DNA from: Octopus sinensis | Lineage: Eukaryota | Assembly (NCBI RefSeq): GCF_006345805.1 | Contig: NC_043006.1 | Span: forward strand, 44,454,001 to 44,518,000 | Length of the DNA stretch: 64,000 bases | Reading direction: 5' to 3' | In this document: piece by piece, positions 1-14,120 of the stretch | Numbering within the stretch: position 1 is the stretch's first letter | Layout of the letters: each line of letters starts with the position of its first letter | The notes under the pieces: generated by a model | The model's input: the letters and a program-made list of their open reading frames with translations, nothing else | Database searches by the model: none | Told to the model about the DNA's origin: nothing | Position numbers and translations under genes: made by a program

Positions 1-2592
1 GTTAGATCCTTCTATTTTCTTATTTCTTTATTGCCCACAAGGAGTTAAACATTGAGGGGACAAACAAGGACAGACAAAGGGATTAAGTCAATTACATTGA
101 CCCACTGCGTAACTGGTACTTAATTTATCGACCCTGAAAGGATAAGTTGACCCAGGCAGATTTTGAACTCAGTACATAACAGCAGACGAAATATCACTAA
201 GCATTTTGCCCAGAGTGCTAACGTTTCTGCCAGCTCGCTGCCTTAAATTTTCTGAGATCTGTTACTGCAAGACGTGATCACATTGCAGCCTGTTTGTGTA
301 TATTCATAAAAAGAAATAAGTTTGATTATTATGAGCATGAAGAATCATTTCTGATTTGTGATTTGTTTTGTATCCTATTGTATTGAGTGTTGTTCTTTGC
401 GGAGGTACTTAACGCCTAACTCTGCTTGTATTTTGTAAGACTGATTTAGCAATTAATGAAGTTCTCTCTTTTAACATGTGAGTATTATGGTGTTGATAGT
501 TTTCATGAAGCACCACATAAAGGGAAGTGATGAGTTTTGGCAAACTGACCCCTAGGGCAAGTGGCTGATGATAATGATGTGAAGTCACAATGATTTGTGC
601 TGTGGCATGGTTAGCATGGAATAGGTTAGAGTTCAGCTTCTTCTCAGTGTTTAGTATTGGTACATGATTAGCAGCTGCAGAGAAGATAAAATGTGGCTGG
701 AACTCTCCAGTACAGATTTTGTAGTTTCGTAGTGTTATATAATTACTTGAAAGAGAAGATACATTACATTAGCTAGGGGTATATAACCTGTGATACTTTC
801 TGCTCCTCACTTACCAAACATCTTTGATTTTTTTCCTGTGAAACAAGTAAGAATTGAAAATAAATGAATCTACAATGGTTTGATGACTAGTGGTGCTGAT
901 AATATCACATTTTCATGCAGAAAATGTATGAATGATATGGACTAAGTCTGTAGGCTTGATAAACTTTAGGAGTATGTTCACTTCAGGTGACTTCCATACG
1001 ATGCATTTCATCACACCAGGAGTCTTTGTCGTCTATTATTATCTTTGGTAGATGTGTCTCTGGCAATATCACCAATATAGTCGAGTAGGTTTTGTCCTCT
1101 GTTTGCATGTGGCAGTCTCTAGATGCAACATTTGATATAGCTTGGAGTGTAGCACAGAGTGGCCGGCAAAACCTTCATTAGGCTGAGCAACAATAGTAGA
1201 GATGGGTGGAATGTGTCTATAAATCTCTTCTTTGGTCTCATGCTCACACCATTAGATATTTTGAACCTCCATGAAAAGGGGTGTGGTACTGTAAAGCAAT
1301 ATTAGCTTAAAAGCTGCCTGATAGAGCGGCTTTTTAGCTACTGACCTTGAATGGGAAGATCTACAAACAGATCTCTGACTTGTTGCAATTACTTCCTCCA
1401 GTATCATCTCCCAATGATGACCATATCCATTGCAAAAAATCCCGTTAAAAAATCGCCAAAAATATTTTGCTGGAGTTTGCAATTTCAGTTATTCCCAAAA
1501 TTTATTTCAAGTTATACAAATTGTTATCATACAAAAAAATTTGTCACAAAAATTCACATAAAAAAATTGCCGAGAACAATCACAGTAATGGAAACTTGGG
1601 AAATCCAAAATTTCAGGATTACGGGTCCGGAGTTAGCCCAGAGTGTTTTTAATTTACTCACAGAGTTAGTCTTTAGATTATAAAAATTATTATTGTACAA
1701 AAAAATTTGTTGCAAAATGTCATATAAAAAAATTGCCTAAAACAATTGCAGTAATGAAAACTTGGGAATACAAAATTTCAGGATTGCGGGTCCGGATTCA
1801 GCCAACAATGTTTTCAATTTACTCACAAAGTTGGCCTGATTCCAAAATGGCATGCTATGTTGGGCTACGGCCTCTAAGAGTAAAGTTGAAAAAGTGTGAC
1901 ACACTGACATTCACATTTATTATATTAGATATTTTCCAGTCAACAGCTGCAGCAAAATACTCATGTAAACAAATACTTTAAATAGGTTTATTTTGAAGCT
2001 GTTGAATGTTTTTTAACAGTTTTATCTAAATTTTAATGATTATTCTCCGTAACTTAGTGGTTCGGCAAAAAAAGCTGATAGGATAAGTACCAGGCTTAAG
2101 AAGAAAAAAAAAAGTCCTAGGGTTGATCCATTCGACTAAAAATTCAATGCGGTGCCCCAGCATGGCCGCTGTCTAATGACTGAAACCTGTAAAAGATAAA
2201 AATTAACGAGATAGAGAACTTGGGTTTGAGTTGTGGTTTCTTCTCTTATATTGTTTTTATTAATAAAATTTTCCAAATTTGACAAAAGGCTACATTATTG
2301 CCTGAATGTGGACTGACAGAAATGCCAGAAAACCAAACTAAATTCCTTTTAACTCTAACACTCTGTGTATTGCCTTCCCAGTCCTTTTTCAGTTGATTTT
2401 ACCTTTCACTCTTCTCTTATTGATGAAAAACTACCCGTCGTATACTGACATTGATTATATCTCTTGCTTAATAATTTTGTGGTTGTTTGCCATTATAAAA
2501 AAATTACTATTTCAAAATTTGGTCCAACTAGCTGCTTTATCCTACTCTGTAAATATTTCTTATTCTAAACATTTTTGTCTGTAATTGGACAG

Positions 2593-2895
2593 ATTGAAGG
2601 AAGATATTTCCCACCAGAGAGGATAATCATGAGGGAAAAAGATTTCAATGCCTCTGAAGAAGCTGATTGGGGACGTGATCTGAGCCGTGCAGCTGTCATA
2701 ACCCCAGTGCCTTTGCAGAACTGGGTAGTGATAACTTGTAAACAAGACATTGGAAAGTCGAAAGACTACATATCTATGATGATGAAGGTGACAGGACCGA
2801 TGGGAATTGATGTTTCCCAACCCAAGTTGATTGAGACCAGAGACCAGCGTACAGAGACACTGATTCGTCTTTTAAGAGAAACTATCCATAAGAAT
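2593..2895 (+). CDS. piwi: PIWI-clade Argonaute (Piwil2/Ago3-like), first coding exon visible in window (linker/MID)
   Basis: cag| acceptor, 303 nt open (IEGRYFPPERI...ADWGRDL...GPMGIDVSQPKLI...IHKN), |gtgagt donor; phase 0 joins next exon. Upstream exons not found in window. Confidence 0.93.
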
Positions 2896-3064
2896 GTGAG
2901 TTTAAATGTTATATTTTGAAATTATGTGTATCAAGGTGAGAAATGAGGAATCGGGGTAACTTTTTGAACATTGCTTGTTTAGAAAATCAGAATACGCTGT
3001 CTATATGTTTCAATTAAATTTTAAAATAATAAGATATTTAGATTCATTTTCTAAAACACTTTAA

Positions 3065-4038
3065 CCCTTTTGATACTAACCTGCCAGTAGCCGGCTGAAA
3101 ATTTTTTGTTTCATAAGACCAACCCAGCCGTAGCGGGCCAAGAGTACTCATTTTATTTAAATGTGAATTTACGCACAAATCACATTAGTACATTTGTGAA
3201 AATAGGTGATTTCACTTTGTAAATAGTTGGGTTATAGTATCTGACATTGCTTGATGAGATATCTGAACTCAGTGAATTTTGGGAGATTTTTTTCCACATT
3301 CTTTCGGTGTCGATTTCTTTTTCAACTTTGAAAATGGATAGGAGTTTCTTGCAGTGATTAAGCAGTGATTCCGAATTTAAAAGATTTTCAACGGAAAATA
3401 TGGAGATATTGAGAAAAAGAATGAATGAGGTACAAAAGCATGTGGTGTACGAGAATGAATAGGCTTTTTCTGTATCCGAAACCGAAAGCAGCGATTTTGA
3501 AGAAACTGAAAGTGGCAATAGCGACAGCAAAGACGATTTTACATCGGAATGAAGTAAAACCTTTAAAAATATTTTTATTAGCAATTTTCCTGAAGAGATG
3601 GGGTCTATCTATAGTCTTTCTTAGGAAGTGAAACCGTTGCACTTTCATTTTTTTTCAGTATGCTTGTTTGAAGCGATCACTGCGGAAACAAACTGTTACA
3701 CAGAATGTAAACAAACAGTATATGCTAGGAAAGGCCACGAAATGGGGGATCAAAGTTTGAAAAATTTGTGAAGCAAATACTGGGTACTGCTGTGGTTTTA
3801 GTTTTTATACAGCGAAAATAATGTTAGTAAGCATGGCCTAGGGTATGATGTGGTCTGGAATTTATCACTTCCAGGGCCGTATATTATTTTTTTAGTTTGG
3901 TCAAACTTGCAGTGGATTCCAGTATTTCAGTTTATTTCACCTTTATGGTTACAGTTATTTAATGAAACATGATTATTTTAGAATTTAATTGAAACTCATG
4001 AAGGGCGTATTTTGGTCAGAAATATAGTAATGAAAGGG
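3065..4038. mobile_element. Non-autonomous piggyBac-like element
   Basis: TTAA|CCCTTT ... AAAGGG|TTAA; decayed acidic stretch (SETESSDFEETESGNSDSKDD) like a piggyBac N-terminus. Confidence 0.7.
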
Positions 4039-4388
4039 TTAATACAATATTTTGGATACATATCTTCTGTGATGATTTTTTTATGTAATTTTGCTGCTTT
4101 TATTTTATAATATAATATATAATCGCTCTTATTAAATGTCTAAATACCTTTAATGTTTCAGACATTTCCCTACCAAGAGCACTTATTAGAAATTCAGTAT
4201 ATTGTATTCTTATTGAATATATTTGATTAACAATATATATACATGTATATATAAATAAGAGGAATAGCCACCAATATGCTAGAAGATGCCAAATCGTTTT
4301 ACTATGAAGAATATGTTCTCAAAAATTTTAGCAAACGGCAGAATGTAAGTGAGCAAGACAAATGAAAACATACAAAATAGGGCAATAA

Positions 4389-4455
4389 ACTTCATACCTT
4401 AAAATTTCACTATTAATGATCACTAATGTGATCATCCGTAGCTCTTCAGTGAAGT
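4389..4455 (-). ncRNA. Type I hammerhead ribozyme motif (Penelope-like)
   Basis: ACTTCA-CTGAAGA-GCTA..(ATGATCAC atta GTGATCAT)..TAGT-GAA-ATTTTAAGGT-A-TGAAGT: full core, three helices, GUA cleavage triplet. Confidence 0.75.
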
Positions 4456-4955
4456 CGTTGCAGGAAACCTACTTCACAGAACTAGATACAAAACGTCCTC
4501 TCAACAGAGAACATGCATAAAGTTCTGCCAATTATGTGTTATGACCTCTCTTACAAATGTCTTCATTTTGGCTCACTAAGACCCAAAGCTATAGTAGAAG
4601 ACTTGCCCAAGGTGCTATGCGGTAGGTTTGAACTGAAGATCACATGGTTGGAAAGCAACAAGCTTCTTAACCACAAAGCCATGCCTGCGCCTACATGTTT
4701 TCTCAATTTTTTCCTGATTTATTCTACTTAACCCTTTCATTACCAATCCAGTTGAAACTGGCTCTGGCTCTGAGTACAAATGTCTTGTTTTCATAAGTTT
4801 TGAATTAAAATCTTCCACCAAACTTTAGTCACAATTTATGTTCCTAACTCTAGCTTGTTATATTTAAAGTAATTGAAAGAAATGCAGAGCATCTCAAAAT
4901 AAATACAGTAACAAAAGGGTTTATGTTTTTGTTTTTATGCCGACTTATTTTTCAG

Positions 4956-5051
4956 CTTCAACTTGTTGTCATTATTTTCCCAACAAGCCGTGATGACAAA
5001 TACAGCGCAGTTAAAAAGTTATGCTGTGTTGAGTGTCCTGTCCCATCACAG
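4956..5051 (+). CDS. piwi: PIWI exon (MID domain 5'-phosphate pocket)
   Basis: ttttcag| LQLVVIIFPTSRDDKYSAVKKLCCVECPVPSQ |gtaaaa; conserved Y-x3-K and PSQ motif. Confidence 0.95.
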
Positions 5052-6615
5052 GTAAAATTGCTTTGCTACTACTTCTTAATCCTCTCACCTATTTCTCTTT
5101 GCAAACCCATAAACTCTAATAGGAGAATAGACTGTTTTTTCCATTTGCATCTGAAGCAGATTTTAAAAACTTCTGCAGATAATATCTGCTTAACCCTTTA
5201 GCTTTTAAACTGGCCACATCTAGCCCAAATATTCTACTTGATTTATCTTCAGACTGGCTCGATCCAGCCTCTAAAATCTATCCTATGCTACTACTGACAC
5301 TCAGTTGGTTACTACGACAAAGGTTCTAGTTGATCTGATCGACAAAACAGCCATCTCATGAAAGTAATGTGCATGTGGCTGATCACTCAACAGACACATG
5401 TACCTTTGACATAGTCCAGTGTGACGCAGAATATGACAAGGCTCCTCCTTTGAAATACAGATACAACTCATTTTTGCCAGCTGAGTGGACTGGAGCAACA
5501 TGAAATAAAGTGTCTTGCCCAAGGACACAATTTATCGCCAGGAATTGAACTCTCGACCTTACAATCATGAACTGAATACATTAACCACTAAGTCATGCTC
5601 CTTCACTCTACCTTATTCTAAAAATAAGCAATTATATCCTCAAAATCTGAAACTAGTGCATAATTAATTCAAGACAATAAATTAATAAGCATTGCATTTA
5701 AGGTGGTGAGCTGGCAGAAACATTAGCCTGCCGGGCAAAATGCGTACCTGTTGCATACTGGGGTCAATCTAATCGACTGGGCCCCCTCTGCCAAAATTTC
5801 AGGCCTTGTGCCTAGAGTTGAAAAGAATATTAAGCAGGATGAAGGCGGCGAGCTGGCAGAAACGTTATCACACTGGGCGAAATGCTTAGCAGTATTTTGA
5901 CTGTTTTTATGTTCTGATTTCAAATGCCACCAAGGTCGGCTTTACCTTTCATCCTTTTGGGGTCAAAAGATTAAGTACCAGTTGTGTACTGAGGTCGATC
6001 TAATTGACTACGCACCCCCTCCCCTAATTCAGGCCTTGGGCCTAGAATAGAAAAAAATATTAATCAGGTTGAAAAGCAAGGCCGACCTTGCTTTTCATCC
6101 TTTCAGGGTCAATAAATTAACTACCAGTTGCATACTGGGGTTGATCCAATTGACTGGCCCCCTCCTCAAAGATTTCAGGCCTTGTGCCAAGAGTAAGAAA
6201 AAAAAAAAACAAAATAAGCATTGTATTTGACAAAATTTTCAAATGGTATTTGTGATGCCGTATGGTAAATATAATACATAACTTTATTTATGTCTGAAAT
6301 TAAAAGAAAATGTTAGAGAAGAAAAAAAATGAGTTGGCTTACATTTAAAAAAAAATCTTTTTAAAAAAAGCCAACTTTACTGATATTTTGGAAATGGATT
6401 TTTTATACATTGGAGAAAGGCAGCAAATGATAAAATGCATGAAGGGGTAAGCAACAAAGGTAGTGGCTGAGAGTCACTGCTCTACCTGTTACTCAACTTG
6501 CTAGAAATAACAGCAAAAACCCCTTCTCAGATGAAAGAGTCTTATTAACCTCATGGCATGGTTAGAAGCAATCTAAAACCATAAAAAAAAAAAAAATAAT
6601 GAATGTGTTATTTAA

Positions 6616-6804
<189 letters not shown>

Positions 6805-8408
6805 TGAGTTGCTGACTAGTTTATAACTTGGTGGTTCATAGGTCTCTTCTTATGAATCTGACATTCCACCTGGGGCTGTGTGGCTAAGACGGCACAAGTG
6901 TAGCTGTATGGTTTAATAAGTTTGCTGCCTAATACGTGGTTTCGCATTCTTGTCTTATTGACCCCAATACTTATTTTTAAGGCTGGTTCTTATACTGTCC
7001 ATACCCCTTTGAGCAACATCACAATTCACTCATCTGTCCACAAACACAATCTTAGCTTTCCTATCATTTATAAATTCTCTTGCCTCTCTCATCCCAACAC
7101 CTCTAACCACCAAAGCTTTCCTCAATCCATCCATTCATACATTCTGGTTCTGCTGCTTACCACTTCAGCCTTCATCACCCTCCTTACCATCCATTCCTCA
7201 TCCATCCTCTGATATCGGGGGTTATGTTCTATGCCTCTTTGAGCTGGGAAATGAATAGAATGCCTGTTCGTGTGTCTTGTTGTGACTATTTCCTCCTAAA
7301 AAAATGGGGACTAGACCTGGGTATATAAAAAAAAAATTCTATCAATATCTTTTGCTGAACTGTTGAGCTATGAGGACATAACCAAACCAATATCAGTTGT
7401 CAACTGATGGAAGGGGACAAACAAAATACACATACATACATCATACATGCAATGAGTTTCAACATAGTTTCCATCTACCAAATTCTCTCATAAGGCATGG
7501 GGCTATAGTAGAAGACATTTGCCCTAGGAGTCACAGAGTGGGACTGAACATGAAACCATGTGATTGCAAAATGAGCTTCTTAACCACATAACCATGCTTT
7601 TTGTTTTTTCAATGTACACCTCTTATTTAGTTTTGGGCCTGTTGTCCTTGATTCTAAGACCCAGTATCTCAAAAGAGATTTAGCTCTGGTGAAATTGAAA
7701 TTGTAGTCATGGCCAGTGCTGGTGGCATGTGATAAGCACCATTCGAGCGTGGCTCGATGCCAGCGCTGCCTAACTGGCTCCTTATGCTGGTGGCACGTAA
7801 AAAGCACCATCTGAATGTGGTCGATGCTTGTGCCTCTTGATTGGTTCCTGTGTCGCTGGCATGTAAAAAGCACCATCTGAATGTGATTGACACCAGTGCC
7901 CCCTGACTGGCTCCTGTGCCGGTGGCACATAAAAAGTACCCACTACACTCTTGGACTGCTTGGCATTAGGAAGGGCATCCAGTTGTAGAAACTGTGCCAG
8001 ATCAGATCAGAGTCTGGTGCAGCCTTCTGGCTGGACAGTCCTCAGTCAAACCACCCGACCCATGGAAAGCAGACATTAAACCACCTAACCCATGGAAAGC
8101 AGACGTTAAATGACAATAATGATTTTAATCTGTAAAATTAGCAAGATGAGTGGCTCTTTCTGAAGCCTCTTAATTATCATTTTTTTTATCCATAAGTTAG
8201 TTAAGAGATATGAACCATAGCCTGTGTAGTCCCTCCCAAACTGATGAGATTGATACAGGTGATGCTCAGTCTGAATGTTAGCTGACTAATATCTGCAGAT
8301 AGAGAGGAACACGATTTTGGGGCCTAAATTTTTGCAACAAGCATCCAAGCATGTGTAAGCTAATAACTAGTCAAATACATTTATTGTAGGTGAGTTACAT
8401 TGTTATAA

Positions 8409-9082
<674 letters not shown>

Positions 9083-10719
9083 TATATTGTTGATCTTTGT
9101 TGGTATACTTTATCTTTATCTTAATTCCCTTTTTTTTTTCTTTAAGCTATTTCCTACTGATGATAAACTTTATTAATCGTTACTACTTGAAGATCCCTTT
9201 TATTCCTAAAAGTTGTACTGTTTCACATTGATATAAAAGGTTTTATATTATGTTAAGATGATCGATACTGCTCACAGATAGTCTCTTTATATTTTGACAG
9301 AAGAAAGTATTTTTGCTCTGATTCTAAGCTAAAATAAAAGAAGTTTGGAGTGAATGAATGGCATTTATTGCCAGGAATGTGGCACATCAAATCCCAAAAC
9401 CCAATTTTAGGATGTGTGAGAATCCTAATAATTCTATAAATTACACAGGATATGTGTATATACAGGTGCATGGCTCAGTGGTTAGAGTGTTGGGCTCACA
9501 ATCACAAGGTAGTGAGTTCGATTCCTGGACTGGGCTGTTTTGTATTCTTGAGCAAGACACTTTATTTTACATTGCTCCAGCTCACTCAATTCCCTTGGAT
9601 AAGATCAGTGGTGTGGAGAGAGGGGAGGCTGGTATGCATGGGCAACTGCTGGTCTCCCATAAGCAATCTTGTCCAGACATCTGTCTTGGAAAGTAACTTT
9701 CTAGGTGCAATCCCATGGTCATTCATGACCAAAGGGGGCCTTTACCCTCTACTAGTCTGCTCATTGGTCGAATGCTCAGAGTTAAAACTGTTTCTGAGCA
9801 TAGCTTTACATTTGATATTATATGATACTTCAGTGGTTTTAAATTTACTAGAAATGTTCAATTCTTGGCTGTGTAAGTTATATTTGATCTCGGTGTGAAG
9901 CTAGCTTTATCATACACAAAAGATTGTTGTCAACTGAATTGAAATATTGGTTTCAAATTTTGGGACAATGCCAGCAATTTAAGGGGAGGAGTTAAGTCAA
10001 TTCCATCCATGCCAATGCTCAACTAGTGCTTGTTTTATCAACCCTGAGAAGATAAAAGGCAAAGTCAACTTTGGCAGAATTTGAACCCAGAATGTAAAGA
10101 TGGATGAAATGCTGCTTAGCATTTTGTCCAGTGTGCTAATGACTCTGCCAGCTTGCTGCCTTAACTCCTTTGAGCTGGAATTTTTTTTCTCAAGTTGGGA
10201 ATGGTGGTGGGGTGGGGTTGTACGCATGCGAGCCTTTTGGGCTGTTATTATAGTGTCATGCACTCCGATCATATGTCTGGCACTACATACTTACAAGAAA
10301 AAACCGGAGCAGTAATATAGACTGGGAATTTTAAAGATTTGGGTTGTAAAATTTTTGACCGGTACAAATATGTACCAGCCGGGCCGAAAGGATTAACAGA
10401 ATTGAAATGTTAACTGCAAAACTATTTCGTGTTTTATTTTGTCATATCATTGAATGTCATAATTATTCTACTTAGTTTATATTGTGAGCAGTATCATTTT
10501 GCTTATTTTGTTTATTTTCTTCTTAATGCAATACAGCCATATCATTTCTTATACTAACTTTACTTTTTCACCTTGCTTTTCTAATTAAAACATTCAAAAT
10601 TGGTGTCATGTGTAACTTTCCTTTGTTTTTTCAATTAAAGATACTATCAATTCCAGACAGGTTTTGCTGCTTTGTCATATATTGGAATATATTAGCAAAT
10701 GTCAAGGCTGGTCGCTTAA

Positions 10720-10941
10720 CCCTTTAGCATTCAGATAACATTGCCAAAATTGTTTATTTATTTACATAAATTTTGAATTAATCACATCATGCATTATCTT
10801 GTAACTTTGAGATTTCAATGATGGAATCATATATTTTTAGACTGACATTGTAGGGTAGGTGTGAAAGGCTAGTTCTAGCCAGTTGGAACACAAAACAGGT
10901 AGAATATTTGGGCAGGATATGGCTGTTTAAATGCTAAAGGG
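10720..10941. mobile_element. piggyBac-type MITE
   Basis: TTAA TSD, TIR CCCTTTAGCATT/AATGCTAAAGGG; related copies 4732..4919, ~5190, ~15320..15515, ~40105. Confidence 0.8.
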
Positions 10942-11095
10942 TTAAAAATGTTTTGACTATTGAAACACTGGTTTTTTATGTTCTTCATAGATTTTTTTTT
11001 TTACACAAATTTGAAATTTTATGGTCTTGTTGCTAACACATGTATAAAAATATCAAGTCTCTAATCTTTCATTGTTGCTATTGTTTGGCTTTCAG

Positions 11096-11287
11096 ATGAA
11101 TCACATTTTGCCTAAGCGTATTGTTGTATTTAGAGATGGCGTTTCTGACAGCCAGTTATCAGTTGTGTCTGGTTACGAGGTTGAGCAACTTTCCAAGTGT
11201 TTCCAGCATTTTGGTGATACCTACAGTCCTTTACTCTCAGTTATAATTGTACAGAAAAGAGTTAACACAAGGATATATATAAATCAG
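11096..11287 (+). CDS. piwi: PIWI exon with catalytic D (FRDGV)
   Basis: tttcag| MNHILPKRIVVFRDGVSDSQ...IVQKRVNTRIYINQ |gtaagc, 192 nt. Confidence 0.95.
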
Positions 11288-12805
11288 GTAAGCTGTCTTG
11301 CTTTTGGTAGTGCATCTTATTATTTTTATGTCTTGCAACATTGTGTATGTGTGTGGAGGAATAATGCTGAGTGAAGTTAAATTGGTTGGTATTAACATGT
11401 TAACCACCACAAGTACCATCAGTGGTTCATCACAAACTTTACACAACTGCCATATGCACCACTGGTGGAATTATAAAAGGCGTCCTAGCCAAATCAGACT
11501 GGAACTGGTGCAGCTCTCTTGCTTGTCAGTTCTGGTCAAACTGCCCAACTCATGCCAGCATGGTGTAGGAAAAGAGTTGGCACTGGATGGGTGCTTCACA
11601 ATTCCATACATAGTTCATGGAAGGATAAGGCGAGGACAAGATCTCCAAACAAATAATAATAATTTATTTCCCCCTGAATAAACCTTTCATCTCTGGACAT
11701 CGGTAGCCTGGATGCCTTGGAGCGGAAGCAGCAGGGTTGGAGGCATTTTCACAGACTCGCAACGTCGCTCGCTGTCGGAATTCCAGCTCCATGGAGCTGG
11801 TCTAAGTTGCATCCTGTCCGGTCAGAAGCTGGGGCCGAAGAGGATGAATGGGTGGTCAAGCCTAGCTGCTGATGATGATTGCGCATAAGGGGCTTCCATC
11901 AGATCTCTGGAAAGCTCCAATTCTATGCGTGGATGAATGTTCCACAATGGCGTCTAGTAACAGGCTAAGCACAAATGTTTGTATTGTATTAATTTTGACC
12001 ATTTTGTTATTATATTTCTATTGACATACACTGTCTCTCAATTAATTTTGAAAATAAAAGTAACTTTGTCATTAAGTTAGTGTTTGGAGCATAGATTAAC
12101 ATGGAATTTTGATGGAAGAATTTAATTCAGGTCACTTTCAAAGAGGAAGTTTGTATCAGAGGACCAAGGTTGATCTCAAGTGAGACCCCTGTTGTACTCT
12201 TTCGCCCCAACTTTCTCTCAATCTTTCTTCCTTTTTCTTGAGTAACGCTGCAATTGACTAGCGTCCTGTCCAGCTGGGGGGGGGGGGCACATACGCCACA
12301 GAAACTAGGAAACTGGGCCCATGAGCCTGGCTAGGCTTGAAAAGAGCGCAAAATAAAAATTATTATTAATGAGTCTAAGATGGCGAGCTGGCAGAATCGT
12401 CGAGACACCAGACGAAATGCTTAGTGGTATTTCACTGTTGCAGTGTTCTGAGTTCAAAGTTAATGGAGGGAAAAAGTGAAGGGAATGTAGACCACAGAGA
12501 AAAAAAATGATGTTGCAATACATTTAGGATATGTAACATAATGTAGGTGATGGGGAGGAAAGAGATTGCTCTTTTACTTGTTTCATTCATTTGACTGTGG
12601 CCATGCTGGAGCACCGCCTTTAGTCGAGCAAATCGACCCCGGGACTTATTCTTTGTAAGCCCAGTACTTATTCTAGCGGTCTCTTTTGCCGAACCGCTAA
12701 GTGACGGAGACGTAAACATACCAGCATCGGTTGTCAAGCAATGCTAGGGGGACAAACACACACACACACACAAACATATACACACACACACACACACAAA
12801 CATAT

Positions 12806-12867
<62 letters not shown>

Positions 12868-13678
12868 GACAAGCTTCTTTCAGTTTCCGTCTACCAAATC
12901 CACTCACAAGGCATTGGTCGGCCCGGGGCTATAGCAGAAGATACTTGCCCAAGATGCCACGCAGTGGGACTGAACCCGGAACCATGTGGTTGGTTAGCAA
13001 GCTACTTACCACACAGCCACTCCTGCTCCTATGATCAGGATTGATTTACAAATTCAGAGGAACATTAACTTCTGTAATATTTAGGAAAGAGATGGATGGT
13101 GGATGCAGCTTAACATTGAACCTATGATTATAAACTATCCGTGCAAGAAGGCTTACACAAAATGTTAGAGTCGACATGTTCCTGTATCTTTTTTTTTTTT
13201 TCTGTTGAAAAGTCATTGTTGATTTATTGTAACTTCCATAAAGAAATGAAGCTATTCACATGGAAATGTGCAGAAGGTAATAGCAGTGATAGCAAAGCAT
13301 GGTTGTGGGGTTTGTCTGGTGATGGGAGAAATATTGACCTCGCTTGGAAGCAGGCGAGGGTTGACAACAGGATGGACATCCAACTGCAGAAAATATCCCT
13401 CAATGAATTTATATTGCTGATGGAATTAGGAATCTGTGATGTTCATAACTTTCTTGCAGCAAGTAAACTGAAGTAGCCACTAATAATATGAATTAAAACT
13501 GGGTCAGCAGTTTAATCTTTTAGCTTCTTACTGTTATTTTATAGTGCTAAGTGTCTACAAAATAGTAATAGTATTAAGCATGATGATGAAGATAAAGACA
13601 AAACAATAAAATCACTATAACTACTAGTGTGGTGTAATTTAAATTGTAATATTCTGTGTATTTTTTTTTCTTTTTTAG

Positions 13679-13743
13679 AGAAATCAAGTAGATAATCCAG
13701 CTCCTGGAACCATTGTAGATCATAGCATTACAAGGAAGAATTG
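13679..13743 (+). CDS. piwi: PIWI short exon (NPAPGTIVD); absent from ORF track
   Basis: long polypyrimidine tract tag| RNQVDNPAPGTIVDHSITRKN(W) |gtaagt; 65 nt, phase 2 completed by next exon. Confidence 0.93.
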
Positions 13744-13806
13744 GTAAGTGAAAATTAATAATACTGTTGTTATTAATATTAATAATACTGTTGTTATTAA
13801 TATTAA

Positions 13807-14120
13807 TGCGTGGAGACGCAATGGCTCAGTGGTTAGCGCAGCGGACTCGCGGTCGTAGGATCACGGTTCCAATTCCCAGACCAGGCGTTGCATGTGTTTA
13901 TTGAACGAAAACACCTAAAGCACCACGAGGCTCTGGCAGGGGGTGGTGGTGACCCCTGTTGTACTCTTTCGCCCCAACTTTCTCTCAATCTTTCTTCCTT
14001 TTTCTTGAGTAACGCTGCAATGGACTGGCGTCCCGTCCAGCTGGCGGGACACACATACACCACAGAAACTTGAAAACCGGGCCCATGAGCCTGGCTAGGT
14101 TTGAAAAGGGTGCAAAATAA
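13807..14120 (+). mobile_element. tRNA-derived SINE, family C
   Basis: tggctcagtggttag A box, ggttccaattcc B box, 3' gggcccatgagcctggctagg; related copy 60245..60500. Confidence 0.75.

Noticed and set aside
1252-1981. Cluster of short ORFs
   Set aside because: Internally duplicated repeat (Helitron-like end near 1929); no recognisable protein or splice signals
3180-3648. Overlapping ORFs in PIWI intron
   Set aside because: Inside a decayed piggyBac-like element; no intact transposase
7720-7945. CRISPR-like repeat/spacer pattern (GGTGGCACGTAAAAAGCACCATC)
   Set aside because: Spacers are homologous to each other, the array is part of the RTE 3' UTR, eukaryotic context, no cas genes
8241-8285. 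CTGATGA followed by GATTGA/TCAGTC stem
   Set aside because: GAAA core is TGAA and no helix I pairing
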